64,000 nt of DNA. Origin: Spirochaetia bacterium (GTDB lineage: Bacteria; Spirochaetota; Spirochaetia; DSM-16054; Sediminispirochaetaceae). A program made the position numbers and the translations under genes. The notes beneath the pieces are model-generated. The model searched no databases, had not been told where the DNA came from, and saw only the letters and a list, made by a program, of their open reading frames with translations. Of this stretch, positions 32,075-43,779 are shown one piece after another (position 1 is the stretch's first letter; every line of letters starts with the position of its first letter). Where the stretch lies: contig JAXHMY010000001.1 in NCBI GenBank assembly GCA_034520965.1, positions 928,001 to 992,000 of the forward strand. The letters are read 5' to 3'.

Positions 32075-34218
32075 ATGTTCAAAAAAAGGATGCAAAGGCC
32101 AAAAAACTGAAGGCCAAACTCCAGCTCATCATCTCGATTGTGCTGTTTATTCAAATAGTTATTATCAGCACCCTGTCGCTGTTTCTGTTCCATCAGAATA
32201 TCTCCAGTAATGCAAACGCTGAACTTAGCCAGGATCTGGAACAAACCAACTCTTCCCTCGCCTACATAAAACAGACTCTATTCAACCGTGTGTTTCTACT
32301 GCGGTACACCATAGAAGAGATGCAAACTCAAGACCTAGCCCCCGACACCCTCCATAAACGGATTCGTACACATTTTAATTCGGTCGATACCGATCGAGTG
32401 GTGCTGCTGGCTGAGTCGGGGGAAGTTCTTTTTCGAATTGACAGGCAGGCTGAAAAAATGACTCCCATCGAAGAGAGTCTGGAGCTTGGGCAATTCGATT
32501 TTCTTAAAAGTAAATACGTCTTTGATGACAGCCCTCAGCAGCAGCTCTATCTGATTACCGGTACAAAGGTCTACCATCCTGAGGGAAAGCGGTACTATCT
32601 GCTTTTTATAAACTCTCTGGACAAAGACTTTGCCTACAACCTCTATAAGAAGACCGGAATCAACTTTGTGCTGTTTGTCAAAGACCAGCCCATCTGTTCG
32701 GTTGTGCCGGACTTCACCCTTCCCCCCAATTCCGGCAGTACCTTCAATGAAATCAAAATTGCATCAACCCCCTACAGAATAAAAACCGATCTCTTATCTT
32801 CTGCTATCCCCGGGGGGCTCAGGCTTACTGTCCTCAGGTCGCACCTGCAGGACAGTTTGTACCTGCGCTGGCTGACCACCATCTTCATAGTCTCCTTTTT
32901 TGTGACACTCATAATATCTCTGGGCTATATCGTTGGGGTGACCAACCGCATTCTGTTCCCCTTTTATGAACTCAACTCCTGGCTCGCGGAATACCTTAAA
33001 ACCGGAAAATCCGAGGAACTTAGTATCACCCAAGCCGGAGGGGAGATCGAATTTCTTACCCAAACCTTTTATTCAATGGTCCAAAAGCTTATCAAGGAAG
33101 AACAGATAATCAGAAAACAGCTGCATGAAATATCATTTCTAAATAGATACAACACCGAAATAATGGAAAACCTTAAAGCCGGTGTGCTGATACTCGATCC
33201 CGACGGGTTCATCGATTTTCTGAACCAGTACCTCCGCTCTATTCTGCAGATTCCAGCACAGGAAAGTATTATAGGAACCCCTTATACGCAGTTCTTTACC
33301 TCCTATTTCAATCCGGAAGGCAAGTGGACAGAGTTTCCAAAGCTGCAATTTGGGGCTAAGCGTTCATACCTGCTGAGTATAAAAGACAGTAATAATATTG
33401 AAACCAAGCTCTCCTTAAAACTATCGTACCTTGACGAGAACGACCAACAAAGCCGGGTGCTGATTGTATTAGAAGATATCACCGACACCGAACGCATCTG
33501 GAACAAGATTCTCATTACCGAAAAGGTCTCCTCCATGGGTCTGCTCTCCGCCGGTATGGCCCATGAAATTAATAACCCCCTTGGCTCCATCCAGTCTCAT
33601 ATAAACTACCTCAAGGCGGTCGAAGGGGATGCGGAGAAAAAAGACTCGATTATGTGGCTGGAAACCGAGACCAAGCGTATAGAGGGAATCGTAAAGCAAG
33701 TGCTCACCTTTTCCCATGACAGCGATACTAATTCCTCGGTGTCGGACATCCATTCAGTAATTCACGATGTGATAGAAGTAAGTAAATACAGCATCAGGGA
33801 CAAGGACATTCACATTGACAAGCAGCTCCGATCGACACATCCAAGCGCCCGCATACCCCAGGATGAGGCCAAACAGGTCTTTCTGAATCTGTTTCTAAAC
33901 GCCACCCAGGCAATCGAGACCCAGGGGGGTATAAGCTTCACCACTGAAAATAGGGGAGCCTACGTTCACGTAATTATTGAGGACTCAGGAAATGGAATAG
34001 ATGCAGAGCACCTGAAGGATATCTTTAATCCCTTTTTTACCACTAAATCCAGCACCAAGGCTAACGGCTTGGGTCTCTCAATTGTGTATAACATACTCAG
34101 AAAAGCCGGAGGTGATATCCATATACAAAGCACCGTCCAAAAAGGAACCACCGTCGAGGTAACCCTGCCGGTGGCCGACAAAGGAGAGAACGAGTCCTAT
34201 GAACATTTTGATTACTGA
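32075..34218 (+). CDS. Membrane sensor histidine kinase; probable start 32075 with a homopolymer slip before 32140
   Basis: TM segments, PAS, AHEINNPL, DSGNG, FFTTK, GLGL. Confidence 0.88.
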
Positions 34219-35557
34219 TGATGAAATCGGCCTGCGCCACGGTCTGACAAAACGTCTCCGTATTGAAGGCTATGAAGTATTCGGGGCATCCAATTCCAGG
34301 GAAGCTATAGACATAATCGGGCGGCAGAAAATCCATATTATCTTGTTGGATTTACGTCTGGCCGATGAAGACGGGCATTCACTGCTGGAGGATATAAAAA
34401 CCAAGGAACCGGATATATCCATAATTATTATTACCGGCTACGGGACAATCCAAAGTGCGGTTAACTGCATGCTGGCCGGGGCGTCTAACTATCTGACAAA
34501 ACCAATCGATCAAGACATGCTGCTCACCTCAATAAATAGAGAGGTCCAGACCATAACTCTCCAGTCTGAAAATGCAGGCCTCAAACAAAGCCTTGACGAC
34601 TTTGTAGAAAAAGAGAAAGTTGTAACTTCTTCAATCCGACTTCCCCCCCATGTTGATGATATCATCCAAAAAGTAAAGAACTTAGATGTGAATATTCTTA
34701 TATCAGGGGAAACAGGCACCGGGAAAGAAGTGACCGCGAAGAGGATCCACTTCTCCGGAGAGTACCGTGAGACCCCCTTTATCAGCATTAATTGCTCTGC
34801 TCTCAATGACAACCTTATAGAAAGCGAACTATTCGGACACGAAAAGGGGGCTTTCACCGGTGCGAACAGCCGGAAATTAGGGCGCTTTGAAATCGCGGGC
34901 CAGGGAACGCTGTTTCTGGACGAAATAGGCGACATGTCCCTTACCATGCAGAGTAAACTGCTGCGAGTAATCGAAGAGCGCAGCTTTGAGCGCGTGGGTG
35001 GGACCCAGAAGATTCATACTAACTGCAGGATAATTGCCGCTACCAATAAAGATCTGAAGCAGTCGGTTCAAGAGCAGAGATTCAGGAGCGACCTGTATTA
35101 TCGCCTTAACGTAGTTGAAATCGCCCTACCCCCTTTACGCGAACGAAGCAACGAAATTCCCTACTTGGTCGATCATTTCATTGAAGAGGCAAACCGGGAG
35201 TACAACAAAAATATTGAAACCATTTCAAGCGGTTTACTGGATCAGATTTTGGCCTACCCCTGGCCGGGAAATATTCGTCAATTGAAAAATGTGATTACCA
35301 ATGCAGTGCTGCTCTCTGATGGAGACAGCTTTCAGTCACTCAACATTCCCGACTTTGAGCAGGGCTGCAACGACTCGGAGTCAGTAAGCTCCTTTATCAA
35401 TTTAAAAGCATATGTCGACCAGCATACCGATAAGCTGGAAAAAGAGGTGCTTTCGAAAGTTCTGGAGGAGGAGAAACGCAATATAAGCAGCACCGCCTCA
35501 AGACTCGGTATTTCCAGAAAAACTTTATATAAAAAGATTGAGAGTCACGGCCTATGA
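34199..35557 (+). CDS. Sigma54-dependent response regulator (NtrC family)
   Basis: REC domain, GETGTGKE, GAFTGA, WPGNIRQL, Fis-type HTH. Confidence 0.93.
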   Translation: MNILITDDEIGLRHGLTKRLRIEGYEVFGASNSREAIDIIGRQKIHIILLDLRLADEDGHSLLEDIKTKEPDISIIIITGYGTIQSAVNCMLAGASNYLTKPIDQDMLLTSINREVQTITLQSENAGLKQSLDDFVEKEKVVTSSIRLPPHVDDIIQKVKNLDVNILISGETGTGKEVTAKRIHFSGEYRETPFISINCSALNDNLIESELFGHEKGAFTGANSRKLGRFEIAGQGTLFLDEIGDMSLTMQSKLLRVIEERSFERVGGTQKIHTNCRIIAATNKDLKQSVQEQRFRSDLYYRLNVVEIALPPLRERSNEIPYLVDHFIEEANREYNKNIETISSGLLDQILAYPWPGNIRQLKNVITNAVLLSDGDSFQSLNIPDFEQGCNDSESVSSFINLKAYVDQHTDKLEKEVLSKVLEEEKRNISSTASRLGISRKTLYKKIESHGL

Positions 35558-36818
35558 AACAGTATGTGGTAATTGGGATCTTATTAATGTTAGGGGTGGG
35601 TTTGCTGTTTTTCTTCCTGCGTCCCCCTGCAAACCTCGGCAATAAACTGGAGATTTTCAGTTGGTGGACTGCGATGGGGGAAGAAGAAGCCTTGAGTGAA
35701 TTATACCGGCTTTACCGCGAGCAAAACCCGGAAGTGGAAATTATCAATGCCACAGTGGTGGGCGGCATGGGTTCAAAAGCGAGGTCGGTGCTGGGAACCC
35801 GAATGGCGGGAAACAACCCGCCGGATGCCTTTCAGGTACTGGCCGGGCCCAGCCTGATGAAACTTTGGATCAAACCCGGCTATCTTGAGGACATCTCATT
35901 TATTTATGAGCAGAACAACCTGTTGAACCTGTTTCCACCGGAAATAATAGAGAAATTGAGTTACCGGGGTGGTATCTTCGCCATACCTATAAATATCCAT
36001 CGCGAGAACGTACTTTGGTACAATAAAGCACTTTTCGAACGTTACGGAATATCCCCGCCCCGGAGCTCGGAAGACTTATATGCAGCACTAGAACAGCTTG
36101 CAGCCCATGGAATTACCCCCCTGGCTGTCGGTGACAGCAACCACTGGCCGGCACTCCATTTGTTTGAATCCATATTGGTTGCACAACTGAGCGCAGAAGA
36201 GTACCAGGGCCTTTGAATGGAGACAGCGAATGGGATACCCGGGAGATGGAGGCTGTCCTGCGCCAGTTCAGGGATATGTTTTACTACGTAAATTCCGACC
36301 ATGCTGCTCTTACCTGGGACGAGGCGGTGCAGTATATGATAGACGGCAAATGTGCCATGACGGTGATGGGCGATTTTGCCGAGGGGTACCTGAAGGCAAA
36401 AGGGCTCAGACCGAACAGGGAGTTCGGCTGGGTACCCTTTCCAGGCTCTGGGGACAAATTTGTGCTAAACTCAGATACTTTTGCAATTCCCAAGGGGGCG
36501 GTCCACCGGGAGAACGCAGTTAAATGGCTTGAAATTGCAGCCTCTAAAGCCGGGCAGGATGCATTTAACCCAAAAAAAGGTTCTATTCCGGCGCGCCGGG
36601 ACAGCCGAAACGACATCGAGCGCTACGATGCGTATCAGCAGAGTTCGATACGGGCTTTTAGGGAACAGCAGATACTCGGCAGCGTGACCCACGGCACAGT
36701 CGCTCCTGATGCCTGGCGCAACGAGTTGTACCGCATCATCGATTCCTTCATAGTAGACAAGGATATCCCCCTTGCGAAAGAAAAGTTACAGACCACCGCC
36801 CAAAAGTATGTAGAGTAA
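35554..36818 (+). CDS. Sugar-binding protein (SBP_bac_1); frameshift near 36214
   Basis: EIFSWWT, NPPDAFQ, PINIHREN, VMGDFAEG, FNPKKGSIPAR. Confidence 0.82.
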
Positions 36819-36831
36819 AAAGCCAAAAAGC

Positions 36832-37017
36832 TGTTTCGCCGCGGTAACAGTGTTACCCGGAGGAAACAGCTTTATTTTGAATTCCTCCGAATGTGGACCT
36901 CCTGTGTGTGGTAACGGGTAATTCCCAACAAAGCTTTAACTATCCACACTGAAATGCCTTACTCCCTGGGTGGATAGATTTTATTTCAGTTACTGCACTC
37001 TTGGCATGGAATATGCT
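36832..37017 (+). promoter_or_regulatory. Sigma54 promoter with a candidate upstream activator site
   Basis: TGGCATGGAATATGCT (GG-N10-GC) at 37002-37017; tandem TGT-N12-ACA at 36832-36868. Confidence 0.65.
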
Positions 37018-37054
37018 TACTATTGAGTGTAAAAAACTCAAGGAGGTAGTAGTA

Positions 37055-38343
37055 ATGAAAAAACTACTCGTAATCATGGTCACGCTGGCCGTGGTTTTTT
37101 CTGCGCCGGTGTTTGCCGGCGGACAACAAGAGGAAGCTGAAGGTGACGGACAGGAAATGGCCAAGGCCATTGAGGTACTACACTGGTGGACATCCGGTGG
37201 TGAAGCCGCTGCGCTGAACGTACTGAAAGAAAAAGTCGAAGCCGAAGGTATACAGTGGGTCGACACACCGGTCGCAGGTGGAAGCGGTGTACAGGCAATG
37301 ACTGTACTGCGTTCACGGGTAACTGCAGGAAACCCGCCGGCGGCAGTGCAAATGCTCGGATATGATATTCTTGACTGGGCCGATTTGGACGTAGTAGCCA
37401 ACCTAAACGAACTGGCTGAAGAAGAGAATTGGGACGCAGTAATCCCCGACGCAATTAAAAAGTTCTCTAAATACGATGGGAAATGGATTGCAGCCCCGGT
37501 AAATGTACACTCCGAAAACTGGGTATGGGCCAACCAGAAAATCTGTGATGACCTAGGAATTGAACTACCCATTACCACCTGGGAAGGGTATGTGGATGCC
37601 CTGCAGAAAGTACAGGACTCGGGAAAAGTAGCCCTGGCCCACGGCGGCGGACCCTGGCAGACAGGAACGATTTCTAATCCGGCGGTACTGGGAGTCGGCG
37701 GCATCCTGATATTCTACGAAAAAACAATGAATGTTCCAATGGATCAGGATGCACTTAAGTCCGATCAGATGCTGGAAGCCTTCAAGCGGATGGAGACTCT
37801 ACGCGGTTTTGTTGACGATAATTTCAGCGGACGCGACTGGAACCTGGCCTCCGCAATGGTAATCAAAGGGCAGGGCGGCCTTTCAAATGATGGGTGACTT
37901 CGCAAAAGGAGAAATCCGGCAGACATGGTACCGGGCGAGGATTTCTTCGGTTTCCGTACCCCCGGCACGAAAGGTTCTGTTACCTTTAACGCCGACCAGT
38001 TTGTAATGTTTGAAAAAGAATCCCAGGCAAAGAAAAATGCCCAAAAGGTTCTGGCCAAAAACGTAATGGTACTGGAATTCCAGTGTCCTTTAACGTGAAA
38101 ACGTTCGGTACCGGCACGCACAGACGTACCAGATGATGAGTTTACTATCATTGGGAAAGAGGCGATGAAAGACCTGGCCCAAGCCAATGATGACGGAACC
38201 CTCTTTGGTTCTCTGGCCCACTACATGGGGGACCCTCCGCCATTAAGAGGTGTATTTGATGTAGTAAGCGCCCATTTTAGTTACAATACACCGCTGAAGA
38301 AGCTGTTGAAGCCTTGGCTAAAGCAGTAGCAGCAGCAGAATAA
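37055..38343 (+). CDS. Sugar ABC substrate-binding protein (glucose/mannose type); several indels
   Basis: FAGGQQE leader, EVLHWWTSGGE, GRDWNLA; C-terminus distributed over several frames. Confidence 0.82.
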
Positions 38344-38414
38344 TTTTTAGTAGACGGGAACCTGGGTGGGCCTCTTCGGCCTGTCCTTGCTTAATGCCTC
38401 TTCACGGGAGTACA

Positions 38415-39305
38415 ATGATCATGATTATTAAGAACAAGTGGCACCTGTCCAAGGATGATGTAGTTGCCAGAGTTGTGTTGTTCCCCACCGTTCTGCTGTC
38501 GGCAGTCTGCGTGTACGGCTTTATTATATACACAATTTATATATCCTTTACCGGCTCGACTATCATGCCAATCTACGAATGGGTCGGCTTTGAAAATTAC
38601 GAGAAACTGTGGCAACTGCGTCACTGGCACATCGCCATAAAGAACATGGCGATTTTTGGTGTTCTATATATCGGGATCAGTACTGTGGTTGGACTGGTGC
38701 TGGCTATTTTGATTGATATGAATAGAATGGGCGAGATAATATTCCGCCCCGTTTTTCTTTATCCAATGGCGATTTCATTTATCGTTACAGGTACCGCCTG
38801 GAAGTGGTTTCTGGATCCGGGAATCGGCCTGGAGCATATCATGCATTTATGGGGCTTCGCCTCCTTTCAATTTGACTGGATAAAAAACTCGGATTTCGCA
38901 ATCTATACAGTTGTAATTGCAGCTATCTGGCAGGTTACCGGTTTTGTAATGGTAATTTTTCTGGCCGGATTGCGTGGCATTAACCATACCACCATCGAGT
39001 CGGGTGTGGTCGACGGAGCCACAAACTTTCAGCTGTATACACGGGTGATCATCCCCCAATTAGGGGCCTCCTTCTTATCGGCCTTTGTAATTCTGGGTCA
39101 TATGGCTATAAAATCGTATGATTTGGTCATTGCGTTGACAAACGGCGGTCCGGGTCAGGCCACAGCGCTGCCCTCGACCTTTATGTACTCCTATACCTTT
39201 ACCAGAAGCCGGATGGGAATAGGTGCCAGCGCGGCGGTAATGATGCTGATAGCAATCATGCTGATCATTGTACCGTATATCAAGAAACAGGTAGAGGAGG
39301 ACTAA
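38415..39305 (+). CDS. Sugar ABC permease
   Basis: WVGFENY, EAA-like ESGVVDGA, LTNGGPG. Confidence 0.9.
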   Translation: MIMIIKNKWHLSKDDVVARVVLFPTVLLSAVCVYGFIIYTIYISFTGSTIMPIYEWVGFENYEKLWQLRHWHIAIKNMAIFGVLYIGISTVVGLVLAILIDMNRMGEIIFRPVFLYPMAISFIVTGTAWKWFLDPGIGLEHIMHLWGFASFQFDWIKNSDFAIYTVVIAAIWQVTGFVMVIFLAGLRGINHTTIESGVVDGATNFQLYTRVIIPQLGASFLSAFVILGHMAIKSYDLVIALTNGGPGQATALPSTFMYSYTFTRSRMGIGASAAVMMLIAIMLIIVPYIKKQVEED

Positions 39306-39307
39306 CA

Positions 39308-40191
39308 ATGACTATCAGCGAAACTACCCGTCTAAGCCGTTTCTCAAAATTCATCATTGTCACAGTTTTAACCCGCATTGTCGCAGTCTGATTCCCTGGC
39401 GCCTTTCTACGTTATGCTGGTAAACTCCGTAAAACCCCTGTCGGTAAGTTCAGGATGGTAACATGCTGGCCCTGCCCCAGGGATTTCTCCTTCGAGTGTC
39501 GGGTAAAAGCCTGGAAAACCGCCCAGGTAGGGGTGAATGCCACGGGACTGCGCCCTTACTTTTTTAACTCCGTAAAGATTGTAATTCCCGCCGTACTTCT
39601 ATCAACTCTGTTCGGATCCTTCAGCGGCTTCGTACTAGCAAAATGGCGTTTTAAGGGAGACAGCTTACTATTCGGGCTGACACTTGTTGCAGGATGCTTT
39701 CTTATCCCCTTTCAGATCGTTTTGATTCCGATGGCGCGAGTTCTGGGTATTCTGGGTATTGCCGGAACAACCAGCGGACTAGTACTGGTTCACCTGGCCT
39801 ACGGGGTGGGCTCATACCCTTTTCTTCCGCAACACCTATGCGAATCTGCCGGACGAGTTAATCCAGTCGGCCCAGGTTGACGGGGCGCGATTTATGAAAA
39901 TTTTTACAAGTATTATCCTTCCAACTTCCGCACCGGTAATCGCGGTCACCATTATCTGGCAGACCACCAATATTTGGAACGACTTTTTGTTCGGAGTATC
40001 CTTTGGCGACTCCCGATCGCAGCCAATGACAGTCGCCTTGAACAACCTCGTCCAGTCGTCCACCGGTGTAAAGGAGTACAACGTTCACTTTGCCGGAGCA
40101 ATCATGGCGGCCCTCCCGACACTCTTTATCTACATTGTATCGGGACGTCACTTTTGTACGTGGTTTGATGTCCGGTTCGGTCAAGGGGTAA
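39308..40191 (+). CDS. Sugar ABC permease; several indels
   Basis: IPFQIVLIP, IWNDFLFG; likely ends ...SGSVKG-TAA at 40191. Confidence 0.78.
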
Positions 40192-41500
40192 TTAATGGCT
40201 TCCAGACCATTGGGAATTGAAGCAGAGATGCGATTTGCCCCCCTGTATTCAGAGGTGTACCCACACTTTTTTTAGAGGAGGCCTGCCAATGCTTATCCCC
40301 CCTTTTTTGTCCCCATCCCGAATGTGATTATCACACAAAGCCACCTGCCCCCCGGCGTTGGTACCACATCTCCGGCAGCTACGAGACCCTGGCCCAAGGG
40401 ACGGTCACCCGCTTCAAATGCCTCGGCTGTGGCGGAGGGTTTAGCGAGCAAACCTTCCGCCTGGACTACTATGTTGAAGCGAAAAGCTTCGACTATCAGG
40501 TGATTTTCGATCATATGACCAACTGCGGAGGAGTGCGTAAAACCGCCCGTATAATGGAGGTCAGCCACCAGGCGATTATCAACCGCCTGGGCCGTCTCGC
40601 CGGAGCAGGCCATTGCACTACAGGCCGATATCCTCCAGGACTACGTTCCCTGCTGAGGACCTGGTCACCGACGGGTTCGGCAAGCTTTTGTCAGCGATCA
40701 GTTCCAGCCAAATAACATTCACATCCCTGGCCGGGCAAGCGGTTCGCAGTTCTTTATCACCTTCGACTATGCCCATTTGCGGCGTAAGGGTCAAGATGAC
40801 CGAGCTGCAGAAGGACGAACGTGACCAGCGGGAGAGGCACTACATCCGCAAGAGGATCTCTATCGGTCAGTCGTTTCTTGCAGATCGCCCATTTGGTCGA
40901 ACAACATGCGCAGAAGCTCCGGCGGTTTACCTGCCTTTACAGCGATGAGAAAGCTCGAGTACGAAAGACTGGTCAGGGGTTCGGATGTGCTCCAGTGCCT
41001 GAAAAGCGAGGGGAGGTTTGAGCATGCGAGAGTCTCCTCACATTTAGCGCGCAGCCGTGCTCAATCCACTTTCTTCTCTGCCAATTATTTGGACAGGCGA
41101 TGCAGGAAAGATAATGCCAATCATGTGCGTGAGACGGTGCGCTTCTCCCAGAATGTCAATAATTGTCTCTGAGCGCATGGCGGTCTACCAGCTGTATCAG
41201 AATTATTTCAAGCCCTTTCGCATTGACCGGCCTTTTTTACAGGACTTCTCCCATGCCGAGTGGGCCGGGGTGCGCAGCCGGGCGTAAGTCGGCGCGAGGG
41301 GGCTGCGAGGCATCTTTACCATGCGCAGGCTCTAGCGCGCATGTAAAGCTCAACCGGTCGCAGCTGATGGTGTGGGCTCGGATGACCGGAACCCTGGAGA
41401 AGTTCGACGGGATGTACTGGCCGAAGTATGTGTGGATGTAGTCTGCCGTACTCGCAAGGTGGCATGAAAAGTCGCTGTCCGCATGGTTTGAACCATTAAC
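40192..41500 (+). mobile_element. IS1-like insertion sequence with a frameshifted transposase (ORF about 40289-41441)
   Basis: Zn-ribbon CPHPEC/RFKCLGC, HTH VRKTARIMEVS, acidic catalytic fragments; imperfect terminal inverted repeats TTAATGGCTTCCAGACCAT and ATGGTTTGAACCATTAA. Confidence 0.7.
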
Positions 41501-41604
41501 AAAGGGTTAAGCCTGGTCCCCTGTGCTGAACTTTTGTTTTATTTGAAGCATAGGTGCGCTTTCTGCTGTTTTCTTCTAGCATAGCTTATTGTATACTAGG
41601 GGGT

Positions 41605-42312
41605 ATGAACATGCAGGAGTGGGCGGAGCTGCTGGAGCAGGAGCTGCTTCAAGCGGTTGAGGTAAAAGATCGAGATTCCTTACATCGATACATTACTTTA
41701 CTCAGCAAGAACCTGGTAGAGCAGCAGGTGTACCAGGACAATTTTACGCAGCTGCATAACGAAATACAGAGTTTCAGCGGCACCATGGAACAGGGGTTTC
41801 ATGGCATGGATGATCGCTTTAACGCGCAGGACCAAAAGTTTTTTGCTTTGCAGAAACAAATGAATGAGCGCTTCGATGCCCAGCAGAAGCTTATGGACGA
41901 GCGCTTTAACGCGCAGGACCAAAAGTTTTCTGCTTTGCAGAAACAAATGGATGAGCGCTTCGATGTCCAGCAGAAGCTTATGGACGAGCGCTTTAGCGCG
42001 CAGGACCAAAAGTTTTTTGCTTTGCAGAAGCAAATGGATGAGCGCTTCGATGCTCAACAGAAACAGATGGATGATCGCTTTAACGCGCAGGACCAAAAGT
42101 TTTTTGCTTTGCAGAAGCAGATGGATGAGCGCTTCGATGCCCAGCAGAAGCTTATGAATGCACGTTTTGATGCTCAACAGAAACAGATGGACGAGCGCTT
42201 CACTCAGCACGATAAACGGTTTGACGCACTCCATCGCGTATCGGTGCTGGGCTTTTCGGGGCTGGCCTTATTAATTACAGCCTTCAGCCTGGTGCTGCTT
42301 TTGTGGCGCTGA
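41605..42312 (+). CDS. Repetitive coiled-coil protein with a C-terminal TM anchor
   Basis: MDERF repeats; hydrophobic C-terminus VSVLGFSGLALLITAFSLVLLLW. Confidence 0.8.
   Translation: MNMQEWAELLEQELLQAVEVKDRDSLHRYITLLSKNLVEQQVYQDNFTQLHNEIQSFSGTMEQGFHGMDDRFNAQDQKFFALQKQMNERFDAQQKLMDERFNAQDQKFSALQKQMDERFDVQQKLMDERFSAQDQKFFALQKQMDERFDAQQKQMDDRFNAQDQKFFALQKQMDERFDAQQKLMNARFDAQQKQMDERFTQHDKRFDALHRVSVLGFSGLALLITAFSLVLLLWR
41806..42200 (+). repeat. Intragenic 87-bp tandem repeat (about 4.5 copies)
   Basis: Units start at 41806, 41893, 41980, 42067 and 42154. Confidence 0.92.
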
Positions 42313-42482
42313 GTTCTCGGCGAATTGACCATAGGGCTAGCACTTCATACGCACTTTGATCTCCAGCTCGGTAAAGCCTGTGCTCTGGTTACTTTTGAAC
42401 GAAGTAAACCGACAAGTCTTATTGATTGACTGCGATTTTTTTGGCACACTCATCTTATCGCCTATACATAGGAAGGACCAAA

Positions 42483-43779
42483 ATGGAAAACGAGCGGACG
42501 GTGAAGATAGGTATTATCGGAGCAGGGGAACGCGGGGTATATACTTTGGGGGCCCGGATGGCCGAACGGGTGCATCATGAGGCCTTTGTAGTTACAGCAC
42601 TGGCCGACATTAACCCGCAGCGCCTGCAGGAGGGAAAGCAGTTCCTTGAACAGAAATACCACGAATCCGGCTTGAGTGTGGACATCAAAACCTATGACGA
42701 TTTCAACCAGCTGATTAAAGATCGAGACGTGGAGCTAATCATGATCACCTCCTACACCTCGAAGCATATCGAGTCTGCCCTTCCGGCACTTCGTTCGAAA
42801 AAACGGGTGTATCTCGATAAACCTATTGCAACCCGCATAGAAGATTCCTATAGAATTATTCAGGTAGAAACAGAGCAGCAGAATCCGCTTATCATGGGTT
42901 TTACCCGTCGCTATGAGACTGCCTGGCGTAGGGCATACGAACTCGTGCAGTCCGGCAGCATCGGCGAGCTTCAAATGATACTGCTCAGATCAGTTATTCC
43001 TTATTCACGGTATCTGCAGCGATGGCATCGAAATCGAGAACTGTCCGGGGGAGCACTAAACGACAAGGCTTCCCACCACTTCGACGTCTTTAATTGGTTT
43101 TCCCATGGTCATCCAGAGCTAATACAGGCAATAGGCGGACGTTCGTCAGTATTCAAACCCGACCCGAACGCTCCTAAACGCTGCCGTGAATGCAATCGTG
43201 ACTGTCCGTACAGAGTACTTCCGAGCAACATGGTAAAAGAACGGGGTGTATTTTATACCCTAGAAAAAGAGTATGACGCCAATGAAGCCGCGTTGTTCAA
43301 CCAGCCTTCATGGCACGATGCTCCTATTTACGAAGAGCGAGTGGATAACTGCGTGTACGATCCGGAATCCGATATCTTCGACCATGCGCTTGTCAATGTC
43401 TCTTATGATAATGGAATTAAGGCCGCCCTGATTCTTATCGATCTTCGGCCCTGTAGCCGAAGACCAGGAGACACTGGAACTGGTAGGTTCCTCCGGCCGC
43501 ATCAAACTGGTCCGAAATACCGGACTAATCGATCTGGTAAATGAATATGGAGCCCGCCACAAACTGATCGATGCGTCCGATAAAAACCTGGACAGCTCTC
43601 ACAATGGGGCGGATATCGGGCTCCTGAAAGATATCCGCGGCTTCTGCCTGGGTCATAAACCGATAGCCCAATCGACTGACGGGCACCTTTCTCTACGAAT
43701 GGTCCATGCCGTAGAGAGGGCGATTCAATCCGGTGGTACTACCGTCAAAATGAGCGAGGTTCCCTTTGGAGACGTATAA
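42483..43779 (+). CDS. Gfo/Idh/MocA oxidoreductase; frameshift near 43435
   Basis: IGIIGAGERG, DKP, GFTRRY, DKASHHFD; a second frame continues through HNGAD to TAA at 43779. Confidence 0.85.

Noticed and set aside
41806..42200. Possible CRISPR array
   Set aside because: In-frame coding tandem repeat without unique spacers; no cas genes nearby
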